Origin: Cycas panzhihuaensis
Lineage: Eukaryota; Plantae; Cycadophyta
Assembly: GCA_023213395.1 (NCBI GenBank)
Contig: CM041465.1
Location: forward strand, 150,357,741 to 150,421,740
Length of the DNA: 64,000 nucleotides
Direction of reading: 5' to 3'
Shown: piece after piece, positions 14,056 through 27,370 of the stretch
Numbering within the stretch: position 1 is the first letter of the stretch
Layout of the letters: every line of letters begins with the position of its first letter
Notes under the pieces: model-generated
What the model was told of the DNA's origin: nothing
The model's input: the letters and a program-made list of their open reading frames with translations, nothing else
Databases searched by the model: none
Made by a program: the position numbers and the translations under genes

Positions 14056-14235
14056 CTCCTCCACAAGCTTAATCCCACTACTGAACTCGCTAAAGATCTG
14101 TCTCAGGGGTTTTCTAACTACATTCCCCAACATATTCAATCAACCTCTATAAAACATGCTGAAAGCAATGTTATCCACTCCCAAATCGATAGCCCTGTCA
14201 TTCATTTTCTTCATGGCCGGAATCAAGGTCTCACA
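14056..14235 (-). pseudogene. OGDH: Captured fragment of mitochondrial 2-oxoglutarate dehydrogenase E1, antisense to the Copia
   Basis: [59 protein letters not shown] vs remembered plant E1-OGDH [59 protein letters not shown]; the stop is CGA>TGA in HRGRL. Confidence 0.9.
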
Positions 14236-14679
14236 AGTGCTGTATCCCAAATTCTAACACATCCATCAATATGAACTACACATACATGAATGGTACCAGA
14301 GAAGAACTGAGTGCAAAGAGTCGAAGCGCCAGCCATCCTTAAAGGAAAGACACCACCACTGAAGAACTGGATCCTGCAAGGCTTCAAAGCCATCGACGCT
14401 ACCTCCTCGATCAACCTGCAACAGAGAAGCCACCACTTTGGCATGAGGATGAATGCCACCACCGTTGTCACCTCCACGAAGAGGAGTCGCCGACCTGCAG
14501 AAACAACACAGCTACCACCATTTACTAGGTAGGGTTTCAAATAACCTTACCCCCCTCGGACCCCAAAAGATTTTCTTTTTTGATTTTGTTTTCTAAAATT
14601 TTCAATTATGTCGAGTCCGTCTATGATTTAGGTTTAGATTTTTATTTTTTTCTTTTTTATTTTTTTATTTAAATTAAAT

Positions 14680-15110
14680 AATAACCCCCCCTTTTATAAT
14701 ACTTTGATTTAAATAAATTTAAACTCTTCCCTTTTATAATACCTTAATTTAATTAAAACCTAAACTCCCCCCCCTTTTAGCATTTTTTAATTTAAATGAA
14801 ACATAAGCCCTACCCTCCCCCCTCTTTATTATACTTTGATTTAATTTAATCAACACCCCCCTTTCCCTTATCATATTTTGATATAATCAAATACCTTTTT
14901 TTTTATTAAATTTAATTAGCACCCCCTCTAACTACATTTTTTTACTTCATTTTAATGTTGAAATTAACGTTCCTCTTACTATAATGTAATATATTTATTA
15001 CATTAGAACCCCCCTTCACACTTTATTGTTAAATATTAATTTATCTATTATAATTAATATATAAACAAAAAATCTCCTCCCCTTTAACTCCTCCTTACTA
15101 TAATTTTTTT
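14680..15110 (+). repeat. Degenerate tandem array of C-run plus AT-rich units (~40-50 bp) in the Copia leader
   Basis: About 9-10 units such as cccccccttttataatactttgatttaaataaatttaaa and cttcccttttataataccttaatttaattaaa. Confidence 0.75.
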
Positions 15111-15608
15111 TCTAGATAGTGTATATATAGACTTTTTTTTGGCAAAATACATCTTTATATACTAGTTTTACATCTTTAACATTATTATCATCTTAAAGCA
15201 CTTAACAAAATCAATTTCAAAAGATAATTAATTGCTTTAATTTCATACTTTATTAATATTCTTAGAACTTAAACCTTTTTAAGTGAAAACTTATTTTTAA
15301 GGGAAATTGTTTATTTTTCAATTAAGGGGAATTTTTATTTTGAAAGGGGATAGTTTCTTTCTATCAAAAAAGGGGATTATTTATTAAATAGAGAACTGTT
15401 TATCAAAACAGAACTGCTTAAGGCAATATTTTAAGAAGTTGTTTGTTTATTTAATCTGTTTACAAACACATGATTTTTTTCTTAAATACAATTAATGCAT
15501 ACTAGAATGCCTTCTTGAATTATATCTGTTAACATGATTGGTACCTTTTACTAAGTGATTATTTTTCCAATTACCTTCAATCTACAATCAAACCTCAACA
15601 CTCCCAAT

Positions 15609-18600
15609 ATGGCATTAATACCAGGAACAGTCACATGCATTCCAATTCCAGTATTAACCAGCTCAAACTATGTTGACTGTAAGAATCACATATCCCATCA
15701 GATCAAATAGCAAAAGATATGGTAATATGTGACAGGTGAATTTCAAAAACTAAAAGCAGATGCTACTGAGAGTCTTATGGTATATCTGATGAACTCAGAT
15801 GCTGCCTTAGGTACCATATTAAACTCACTCTTACCAGAAATCAGTCAGAAGTTTTCTAAAAAATATGACTTAGCCACTATCTGGAAAACCTTGCAAGAAA
15901 AATATGACAAGGTTGATACACATCAAGTGGTCAGCCCTGTAACAACAATTGTATAACCTGACTTTTGATGACTTTTCAAATGTTGATGATTTTTTAACTA
16001 AAATTTAATCAATTAATAAAGATCTAGATAACTACATCAAATCTAAAACCAAAGAAGGTGATGTTGAAAAAATAACTACACATCTTAGAGATGATGACAC
16101 GCTCGTACGTCTTGTAGTAAACAAACTACCAATACACTTTAATCTCTTTAAAACTGTCAGACAATAAGCTGGCAACCCACCCATAACATTCAATCAGTTG
16201 ACAAACCAGCTGATTGAACATCAGACAATGTTAATTCAAACAAGTGCATTAAAAGATCCTTCATAGGCTTTATTTTCTAAAACTAAGCCACAATTTAAAA
16301 ACAAACAATAGAACAATAATTTTCATAATAATCCAAAATTTTAGAAACCTCATAGAGGTTCACCATCTAATTCACAAAACAATGTTAAATATTCTGATCC
16401 AACTAAACACTAGAATACTTCCAATCAATTCTTTTCTAATAGGAACAACACAACTTCTTCTCAGAACACTAGTTGTGCCTATTGTTATAAAAGAGACCAC
16501 ACTATTGATGTTTGTAGAAGTAGAATAGCTTCAGAAGCATGGAAAGCTTCTAAGGGATTGTAAAATAAACCTCAATCCCATTCTTAATCATGACCCCAAA
16601 ATCATCAAACTCATAATCGTTCTTTAGCAGCAACAACTTCTACGTTTATTGCTCTTTCAAATCAACCACCATAGTGGATCCTTAACTCTGGTGCATCCCA
16701 TCACATGACTAGACACTAAAAAAATTTAACCACTTATCAATCTGATACGAACTCTAAAGAAGAGATTTCTTTCGAAAGTGGTAATCAACTTAAAGTCAAA
16801 GGATCAAGTGATGTTATTCTAAAAGATGGTTCAATCAAGGGCGTCTTTTACGTACCTGGTTTGTTACCAAACCTACTCTCAGTGTATCAAATCTGCTAGA
16901 AAGACCTTATCGTCGAATTCTAGAAAAATAAATTTATCATAAAGGAACCATCAAACAAATTTAGATATATTACCTCAGGACCTATTGATCATAACACAGG
17001 TCTCTATAGTCTAACAAGTCTTTAAAAGAACAAATCAAAATCTTTTAGTACCTTTATTTCCAAATCTGACTCAGTCAACAAACTTTGGCATGTAAGATTT
17101 GGCCATACAAGTTATGGCAAATTGCAATATTTAAAGAAGCATGAAATAGTTCATGGTTTACCACCCTTAAACATTATTTATGGTGTTTGTGAAGCCTGTG
17201 TGACAGGCAAACAACACATGGATCCATTTCCAAATAAAACCCAATACAAAGCAACTGCTCCACTTGAACTTGTCTACTCTAACATATGTGGACCCTTTTA
17301 TGTAACATCATACTCAGGTTCTTGTTGTTTTATTACATTTATAGATGATTATTCAAGAAAATGTTGGGTTTATATGCTCAAAATACATAGTCAAGTGTTT
17401 GACATTTTCGTTGAATATAAAATATTAGTTAAAAATTAATCAAATTTAAGAATTAAAATATTTCAATCTGATAATGCTAAGGAATATTTAAGTGGAAATT
17501 TTGCTTCTTTCTACAAATCACATAGAATTCAGTTTCAATATTCTGTTGCTTACATACCTCAATAAAACGGTGTTGCTAAACGAAAAAATTGTACTTTGGT
17601 TGAGATGACTCGTTGTATGTTACATGCAAAAAATCTAGATTTAAAATTATAGGCAGAAGTAATTAACTGCTCTAATTATTTATTAAATTGTTTACCTAGT
17701 AAATGTCTATAGAATATTACTCAAGAACAAAAATGGTCTAGAAGAAAACCATCTATCAATCATTTACGAATCTTTGGCAGTATTGCGTGGGGACATATCC
17801 CTCACGAAAAATGTAAAAAATTAGACAAAAAAAGTAAAAAAGACATCTTCGTTGGCTACAGCGAAGAGAGTAAAGCTTATACACTCTTAGATCTAGGCAT
17901 GCATCATATTTTTATTTTGCGTGATATAATATTTAATGAAGAAGGATCTTCTTCAACATCTACTTATGTAGAACTTCATGTTGAAAATTTGTTAACTAAC
18001 ACTTATTTGGTTAACCCTTCTGATAAACAAGTTGATTCAGAAGTTATAGAATCTTTATCAACTCAAGTCTAAAATTGGACTCTATTTGAACCCACTGAAA
18101 TAGATCCTTCCCTTCAGGCTAGTTCATCAAATCAACCTACATCTTTAGATACAGTTACTCATAAGCAACCTGTTTGGGCAACCAAAATGCTTGCTAATGC
18201 TGAATCTGATGTAGGTAATCCTACCGATTCCAGATGCATACGTGCACAAAAATTACATGCTAATTTTGCCTTAATGGCAAAAATAATGGACAACAATGAT
18301 CTTAAAACATTTAAACAAGCTAGCAACAATCATGTATGGCAGAATGCTATGCAAACTAAATTTGATACCTTAATTAAAAATTCAACCTGGGATCTTGTTA
18401 CTCTCTCACTTGAGAAAAATATCATCGACTGTAAATGGGTTTATAGGACTAAATATAACTCAACAAGTGCAGTTGAAAAATATAAAGCTCGCCTTATTGC
18501 CAAAGGATTTTCTTAAATAGATAGCATTGATTATAATGAAACCTTTGCCCCTACTGCAAAGATGAATATAATCAAGACAATTATTGCTCTTGCAGCCAAG

Positions 18601-19842
18601 TTTGGTTAGGAAATCCACCAAATGGATGTTAAGAGTGCTTTCTTGAATGGCGATCTCAAAGAAGAGATCTATATGTCACAGCTACTTAGATTTATTAAAA
18701 ATCCTAATTTAGTTTGTAAACTTAAAAGATACATTTATGGTTTAAAACAAGCTCCTCGAGCTTGGTATACTAAAGTCGATGATTATTTAATTCACATTGA
18801 ATATACTAGATGTATTAGTGATCCAAATCTTTATTTTAAACGTGAAAATGAAAATCTTACTATTCTAATCCTCTATGTTGATGATATTATCATTACTGGA
18901 TCATCAATTCATAATATTCATCATCTAAAATCTACTTTAATAAACAAATTCGAAATGACCGATTTAGGTCTATTACATTACTTTCTTCATTTACAAGTTT
19001 ATCAAAACTATTTAAATATAACAATATCTCAACCCAAGTATATTCTAGACTTAATTCAGTGGTTTAACATGGAAAATAATAAACTCATAACCAATCCTTT
19101 ACAATCAGGAGTTAAATTGCCTACTAATTGTCTAACTCCATTATGTGATCCAACTTTATACAGACAACTGATTAGTAGTCCTATTTATCTTACTCACACC
19201 CACCCTGATATTTCTTATGTTGTTGCTTTATGTCCTCATTATATGCAACAACCACACGAATCTCACTGGAAAGACGCTAAGCGTATCTTACGTTATCTAA
19301 AGCATAATGTATTTTATGGTTTAACTTATAATTTTTATAATAAACCACTAACGTTAACTGGATATACTGATTCTAATTGAGCAGGTGATATAACTGACTG
19401 TAAATCTACTTCAGGTTGTGTATTTTTTATATATTCCTTACCTATTACTTGGTCTAGTAAAAAAATACAAGCACTAGCATTATCAACGACTGAAGCCAAA
19501 TATCGAGCATTAGTTGAAGCTGGTAAAGAAGCACTTTGGCTAAAATCTTTACTAAATAAAATTGGTCTATCTCTAAACTCTTCAATTGAAATTAAAGTTG
19601 ATAAGCAAGGTGCAATTGCTATAGCTACAAATCTAGTTTCTCATTCTAGGACTAAGCATATTGAATTACATCAGCATTTTATTTGTAATTTAGTTATTGA
19701 TAATCTTGTTTGTTTATCTTCTTGTCCAACAGATTTACAGATTGTTGACATTCTTACGAAGTCTTTAATTGAAGTAAAGTTTTTAAATCTTAGATATTTG
19801 TTGCAGATAAAAGAAGTCTCCATCAAAGGCAGATCACCGTGA
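15609..19842 (+). pseudogene. Copia gag-pol (gag, Zn knuckle, PR, INT, RT, RNaseH), disrupted mainly by point stops
   Basis: CAYCYKRDHTIDVC knuckle (~16474); WILNSGASHHM protease; ORF 17122 integrase; ORFs 18187 and 18622 RT (KYKARLIAKGF, MDVKSAFLNG, LYVDD); RNaseH RTKHIE. Confidence 0.92.
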
Positions 19843-21778
19843 TGAAGCTTTTCTTTTCTCTCAAGTATACAAGTTTATATTAAAGGGGGATGTTAGATGA
19901 TATAATATAAACTTTGTGTTTCTTTATGTTATTATTTAGTCAAATGTCTAATATGTAATTTAAGTGATTATAATGTTTTAAACTTAGGTTTATTTTATTA
20001 ATTTATGGATGGTCATTGAAATGCGAAACTGCATTCCAACAAATCTCCTTAGTATTTATTCATCTCCTAGATTCATGGAGATGGTTCCAAGAATCTAGGA
20101 GGTCTGTCCAAATGCCTATTTAAAGGCTAGTTTTGGGTGATGGTGGTTTTGTAGCATGATGTTTATTCTTTATTAATAAACTAGAACTTTAGGAGGTGGT
20201 TTTTCTTCCCCAGAAGGGGTTTTCCACCTATCAAACTAATGTGTACCCGTGAAGTGTTATTTCTTGTTATTACTTACATTTGTAGATCCTGTTAATAATG
20301 TACATGTGCCTCTTCTCTCATAAGTATAATACTTTATTAACTTGCCTCACACATGTAATTAAACCACTCCAGTTTACTCGTCATATGTTTAGTGGTAATA
20401 AAGTTGATATACCATTCATCATTAAAACTATGACTTAATTGATAAGTTACAATACATACCTTTTTTCCCATTTTATCTCTATTTGATGAATGATCTGACT
20501 ATTGCTTTTTCTTCTACTAATTATGCTAATTATACTATTTATGTTAATTAAATTATAACTTCTTAAAATTTTCTTGAAATATCTAGGTTAGCCACAATAA
20601 TAAATCACCTTTGTCTTCTCTAGTACTTTACAAGCATCCTTTTAAAGATTTTATTCTAAGGATCACTTTTCTTATTCAAAATAAAGGGCTTCTTCTTCTT
20701 GAAATTTATTATATAAGCACCAGATGATTCATCTACATCGTTATCTTTTAATAACTATTCATGTTATAATAACAAACCCTTCAGTTCATTAAAGGTTATT
20801 ATATTAAGTTTGTCAACTATTGTGATGTTAGTGACAAAACTCTCATATGATTCAAGAGACTCTTTAATATAGATGTAGTCATCTCCTTATTAGTGATAAT
20901 TTCATATATGATACTCAACTAGCATTTAATCATCTTTACTCATTGCACATGGTTAAATATAGACCCTATCAATTTGAGATTGTATAATTAATTTTGAAGT
21001 ATTAAAGCTCTTACATTGTTCTTGTTTTTATATAGGAACATTATAACATCTTAGACTTCCTTTGAAGCTATGGCATCTTTGATATCTTTAATTAAATATC
21101 CACCTATAGAAAAATTAATAGATGTTATTGTAATATTACTTTTGGCATCAAACTCTAACTATGTAGTAGTATCTAAAACATACATGATGGCTTCCCCTTT
21201 AGCATGAGCCCATGAGTCATTCAATACTAATAGATTCTTAATTTTGTATTTCCACATACCATAATTATTAACACTCACAAGTTTCTCAAAGAGAAAGCTT
21301 AAAAGTTTCCTCTTGCCATTTTGTAAAAAATTAAAAACATAAATTAAAATTAAAAAATATGTAATGAGGATAATACAATGGGTATTAAACAACCATAACA
21401 TTCTTAAATATATATATATATTATTATTTCTATATTTTTATGTTTTTGCCTCTAGTCACTACACAAAGTGCTCGAACAAGTAAGAAGTGCTCAATCACCA
21501 TGCAAGATACAAAAAAAATACCATATGACTAATTCAAAGAGGAGGATAATTTAATTATAAATTTATCAATATTTTTAACAATAAAAAAAAATCACAATGG
21601 GGTTAGAAATTGGATTTGTTTTTTTTCTCTCCATGTGACTATATTATGGTAAACTAGGGGCCTTCAAAATTGACTTTAATATTTATAAAAAATGGTTTTG
21701 TTAAATCAAACCTTAAAAGTCTTTTCTTTTTTAACGTCACTTGCATTTAACCTATGTGGGTTAGTTTCAAAATTTTGC

Positions 21779-21863
21779 CCTTAATTTTTAAATTTGGCAT
21801 TCACATTTCATTGGCATTTGACCTTAATTTTTAAATTTGGCATTCACATTTCATTGGCATTTG
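21779..21863. repeat. Tandem duplication, 43-bp period, two copies
   Basis: ccttaatttttaaatttggcattcacatttcattggcatttg occurs twice. Confidence 0.9.
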
Positions 21864-22088
21864 CCTCACTACTTGCTTTGTGATTAACTTACTATGTTCT
21901 GTATTCATTACTTATTTACTTTAAATTTGAATCCTCTAATTGGACATCACTAATTACCTAATCAACTCTTTGTAGTCATTTTTACCCTACACAAGTTTTC
22001 TACTCATGTCCTATATGGCATCATAATGACTATTGCAACTAATAGGGTATACATTCTTTAATATCATCTTTTTCTCAACATTTGACTC

Positions 22089-24263
22089 TATGGTGATCCT
22101 TCACCACATGAGGCATTAGATAAGTAAAGGTCAAGGTTAATGCCAAGGAAATTAAATAATAAGAAAATAGAAGATTGGGTGGCTTAAAGGTAGGTTAACA
22201 TAATATTATGAGAAGAAGGTGAGGTTTTTACTATATATACTCCACCCTCTATATTATAATAGTTATGTTATGTTAATAAAATGATTATTGTTAGAGCTCA
22301 TTATGGTGTGTCTTCGTTTGTCTTTGGTGTACTTCATATCCATCTTCCACTCCATCCACTTCTATTATTTTTGGGTTCTCTTACTTTATTTCTATATATT
22401 ATAGAAGTAATAGGGTCGAGCCTATTACATATGGTGTTAGAGTGAGGTTATTTGGCAAATTTCATTTTTACTTTCCTACTTTAATGTAGGTTTTTACAGG
22501 CATAACTATAGTTTGGCTTATCAATAAAGTACATTTTTGGGAGTATAAGTACTTGAATTTCCAAGAAGTAATAACAAATTTAAGATGAGAAGACCCATTT
22601 TATAAATTTTAAGTAGTTGCATTATAGGTTTTAAGGTAAAATTATGAAAATTATAGTAAATTTAATTTTAGCCTACAATCAGTCATTACCTTTGGGACTA
22701 AAAATCTACTACCTTAATTTCAAATGGTCATAAATTTAGCTATAAGTATCTAATCAAATTTTCCTTTTTGTCAATTCTATGTAATTTAAGTCTACTTTCC
22801 ATTGGAAGTGGTCTCAAGTCTATTGAAGATATGAGGAGAAAGTTGTCATTATTTTAGTAGAAAGTATTATTGTGGTAATTGAAAACCTTAAGAGTAAACC
22901 TCCTTAAAATGGGCATAATTATTGAAATTATAATTTAGAGGCTATTATTTTGAGCTATATTTTATACATCTTAGAACTATTTTATTCTAGATATTAAATT
23001 TTAAAGTTAGGATTTTATAATTACATAATACTTTATATGATACTTTTTACTTTATTATAGAAGTCATTCAGACTTTGGCTAAAAAGTCATTGTCCTTGAG
23101 GCTCTAATACTTTATTATAATTAAAAATCTCAAAAAAAAGAAAAGAAAAGAAAAGAAAGGGGCTTGTACTAATGGGGATAACATGCTATAGACACCTCCA
23201 TTCTCCTATCTTCTCTTTCCTTTTCTTTATTTTAGCTTGCATGATGAACCCTATTCTTATAGTAAAAATACTAATAATAATTGAAAATACGTAAAATTAT
23301 GTGAAGCAAATGAATAAACTACTCGATAATTGGGTATCTACACAAAGGGAATGAATGCAATGGGAAGAGGATGTGAAAGACTAACATCAATCAACTAAAG
23401 AGGATATTAGGGAGCAACATGACCCAACTGAAGGGGATATGGAAGACCATTTAGTTGTATAAGAAATGGAGAACCATGATGAGAAAATTGAATACCCTAC
23501 TTCACCTACATCTTCTCCAAAAGATAGTGTGATCAAGCCTTAAGTAGTTCTTCTAAAAGAAGATAATGTTTTACCTATTATACAAGGTAAACTTTTAGAT
23601 GATAAGGATGACCTTCTTCTCTCTCATGGTGGTGTGCCATCAACATTTAGCTTGTAGGAGCATTTGGGTCTTACTTTCTATGAATCCCTATATTACTACA
23701 TCATTGGGCCTCATTTTCTTATGATGTCCATCTAAAAGGGCCACATTTCTTTACTACATGTTCTCACCCAATGGGAGATGTCTATATATCAATAATTGTA
23801 ACATCACTTTACAAGGATGACACATCTACCTATGACATTATAACAATAACAGATGATGGATATATCTCCATATATATAGATGCTTTAAGGGCAAAGCATC
23901 TAAGGGGGGAGGAAATGTGGTGATGCTTCATCACATAAGGTATTACATTAGTAGAGGTCAAGGTTAGTGAGGGTAAACGTTAAGGGAATTAAATAATAAA
24001 GAAATAGGGGATTCAGTATCTTAAAGGTAGGTGAATATATACTATGAGGAGAGAATGAGGCTTTTGATATATATTCTCCACCTTATGTATTAATGGTTAT
24101 GTTATATTAATGAAAATATTATTTTTGGAGCTTACTGCAATATGTCTTTATTTGTCTTTAGTGCACTTTATATCTATCTTTCACCCCATCCACCTCCATC
24201 ATTTTTAGGCTCTCTTGCTCTATTTTTGTATATTTGAGAGATAATAGGGTCAATCTGGTTATA
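22089..24263 (+). mobile_element. Small non-autonomous LTR element (TRIM/LARD-like, 2.2 kb) with one decayed ORF at 23241-~23900
   Basis: LTRs 22089-22429 and 23916-24263; TSD GACTC/GACTT; degenerate PBS tggtgttagagt at 22432; PPT aaggggggaggaaa 23902-23915; no RT or INT motifs. Confidence 0.85.
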
Positions 24264-26973
24264 GACTTACAATGTGTGTTTAGCTCTCTACATCTACCTA
24301 ATGAGTACTATTCCATAATTCTAATTGACCCAATATCCCTTCAACATGGTGGCCTTTTCCATCACTTGGTTCTTCCATAATAACTTCAAATTTCACTTTA
24401 TTTATTTATTTTTTTGAATCTATATAGTTTATAACATAGTTGACTCCATATAAGCATTTGAATTTTAATGCCCTAGGGATCTACATACATGCTAGCACTA
24501 CTAGCTTCTTCTAATAAATTCCCCCTCTAATAAATTTCCTTGTCTCTAATGTATTTCTTAAATTTAGAACTAGCAGTGTAAACCCTACATAACTCTTATG
24601 TTTCTTTTTACCAATAGAACCTTAATAATAGAAAACACCCAACTTGTAATATTATATTCCATATCATAGATCCTTTCTTTTAGTGCTAAATACTTGATTG
24701 TATTTCTTCTTTATAATTTCTTGGAATATATTTATCCCTTCTGATATTATTTTAAATCTAGTCTACTATTTACTTATGTAAAAGGAGGTTTGCTTTTCTT
24801 AGTATGATACCTAAAGTCAAGGTACACTTAAGTAAAAAGAGACAAATACCAAACCACAACCAATAGTATCTTATGTGTGGTGAAAGCCTATGAGAGTATG
24901 ATCGCTAACTGTTCTTGAATATAACAAATTATATGACTTTCAATAAAGAAAAATTCTTGACTCGCAACATATATAAATATTACTTCTATTCTTTTGCTAA
25001 AAATAAATTAAATAGGTAATAAAGGAGACTCTTATTTGATTTAATGCTTGAGGACGTATGACCATTTTATGTGTGTATGTTTCCTTGTTATTTTGCTCAT
25101 GCAACTTCTTTCATTCCTTCTACTTATAAGGCAATATCATAAGAGAAATTGTTAAGGCAATTGTTGATCATTAGAGAAACCAAATACAAACCTATATGAG
25201 GGGAAGCAAGTGTGCTTCTATAGAGGGATAAGGCAATTATTTGTGTATGTATTTTGCATATATTTATTTGAGTGAGTAGCCACTTGACTAGTTCCTCCAA
25301 AGTAATAAATTAAAACGAGCAAAAAAGATACAAGGAAATGAAATAAAATGTGTGAGTAAATAAACAAAAATAAAATATAAAAGAAAGATCAAACTAAATA
25401 AATTGATCTAAATTCCACAACAAGAGTAATCTAAAACATCTTACTTGAGCACTAGCAAGTAACATGTGGCAACAATATGATTCATTCCAACCAAAAAATT
25501 TCATAAAGAAATCATATCAAAATTGAAGGTATTGAGGATATTTATAATGAAAATAAAGAGGACAATAAGGGGAAAAAAATCTCAAAACATATTGTGAGGT
25601 CAATATCTTAGACTAATGAACATTAATTGCATTATCTTTTAGGGATATTATAAAGTTAGTTTTGAGTGTCAAGAGACTAAACCAATGGAAAGAAGGTAGA
25701 ATTGTAAAAGGATTTTAACTTTCTTATGCAATGCTTATTTTTGACATATGATCAATGGATTTATATTTAATGAAGGAGATCTATATAATGGAGTATATAA
25801 AAATCAATAATTATATTTAACATTAAGGTAAAAAATGCAAAACAAAGATTAATGTAAGTGAAAAACCATAAAAACACTTATGTTGACCAAAATAAATTGT
25901 TGAGAGGGGCATAGACTTTTGTTTAACTTATAAGAATGTTGACTCAGAGGAGAACTTCACTATATGTTCAACTCATGTAAACTAACTCATAGGAGTACGA
26001 ACTTATATCAAGTCAAAATGGACGCTTAAAGAAGTTAAGAAAGAGTGTGAAATAATAACAAAAATCATGCAAGTGAAATAATAATAACTGAGAAATATTG
26101 TAATAGAAAAACTATATCAAGCGATTATTATAATTGAATGTATGACCTACAATGTTATGTCTCCATAATGAAGAGGGTATTATAGAGAATAAATCCCCTA
26201 TGATCATTAGTAAAAGAGGTGTAATATACATGAACAAACTAGGTAAATGCTCAATCACATGTAATGTGAGGCAGATGACAAGTAAATGCAAGTAATCAAA
26301 TATAACATCAGATAAATAATAAGCAATAATATGCTATGTAATACATATTTAACATTTAAGAGCAAAATCATATATACAATTCTTAGATTTTAGAAAAAAC
26401 ATCCAAAATTAAAGAAACATCTACTAGTTGAAGTAACCACCATATTCGTTTTGTTCCTTATAATATTACCACTCCAACTGGATCTCTTATCTTAATGTTT
26501 ATATTTAATTTTGGTTTTGTTTAAGTTTTCTATTTACCTTATCTTTGTCCTCCTCCCTTGCCTTTCCAATTATCATAAGTGTAGAGTGTTTTTCATTTTT
26601 CAAAATTATTTTGGGTGCCCCTAATAACACTAAGTAGGTCTCTTTTCTTTGCATGGCAAATTAACCCTAAGGAGGCAAGCGATAAACCCCCCTAAAAAAG
26701 TGTCATAATAACCCACTAATTCCATGGTGGAGTTTATGGATATTTTATAGCATGAACTCCTAAGCCTTTTTAGGAACTACTAAGTTACTAAAAGAAAATG
26801 TGGTCTAATGAAATTTCTAACATATTACAATCAACCAACGAAAATAAGAAACAACCATATAAAAAGTGGCAAAAATATATCTTTACAAATTTAAATTGGC
26901 TAGAGAAAAAACTTTATAATGGTCACATATCTTTATTACATTCCAAACAATTACTACTTGAGCTAACCTCCCT

Positions 26974-27047
26974 TCTCTCTCTCTCTCTCTCACTCACTCA
27001 CTCTCTCTCTCTCTCTCTCACACACACACATATATATATATATGTGT
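26974..27047. repeat. Compound microsatellite (CT)n(CACT)n(CT)n(CA)n(TA)n(TG)n upstream of SNRNP40
   Basis: Directly visible in the sequence. Confidence 0.95.
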
Positions 27048-27370
27048 GCACAAAATCTCATTTGCCTTGCCAAAAAATATACTTAACCCCAATGCATAAA
27101 GCTTCCGCGATGAGGTAGAAGGTCGCCAACACCCGGAACTCTGAGGTTTACAGAGGGAAATCCTCCAAAATTCCAATGAGAAGCGTCGGTGGTCGGGAAC
27201 GGGTGTTTTACATCCTTCGGTTTCACTCCTGTATAGCAGGAGCAAATCCCGTGTCAGTTTAATGTCTTGTGGGCATTTGTTGACCTGTGGAGAAGTAGAG
27301 ATCCAGAGATCAAGTGTGTCGACTCGAAGAATCAAGTGAAGCTCTGCGCAACAACTTGGACCGCTTCCAG

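Larger units (their letters stand above)
13100..20322 (+). mobile_element. Structurally complete, decayed Ty1/Copia element (7.2 kb) with a 2-kb leader before gag
   Basis: LTRs 13100-13514 and 19891-20322 (roughly 92-93% identical by eye); perfect TSD AGTAT (13095-13099 and 20323-20327); PBS TGGTATCAGAGC 13515-13526; PPT aaaggggga 19882-19890. Confidence 0.95.
12380..21320 (-). mobile_element. Old minus-strand Copia (gag ~21320-20400; protease/INT ~13099-12380), split by the Copia at 13100-20322
   Basis: ORF 21159-21401 gag-like (EKLVSVNNYGMWKYKIKNLL); ORF 12419-12625 integrase (KEKLELVHANIYRPM..SLIGAKYFLTFINEFSRKVWV); host sequence continuous across the AGTAT TSD. Confidence 0.8.

Noticed and set aside
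13527-14532. Sense-strand long ORF across the captured cassette
   Set aside because: About ten stops and no recognisable protein; recognisable homology is only on the antisense strand.
24880-26350. Possible very old gag-only or LTR remnant (PPT-like gaagaggg ~26170)
   Set aside because: Too degraded; no LTR pair, TSD or convincing motif could be established by eye.
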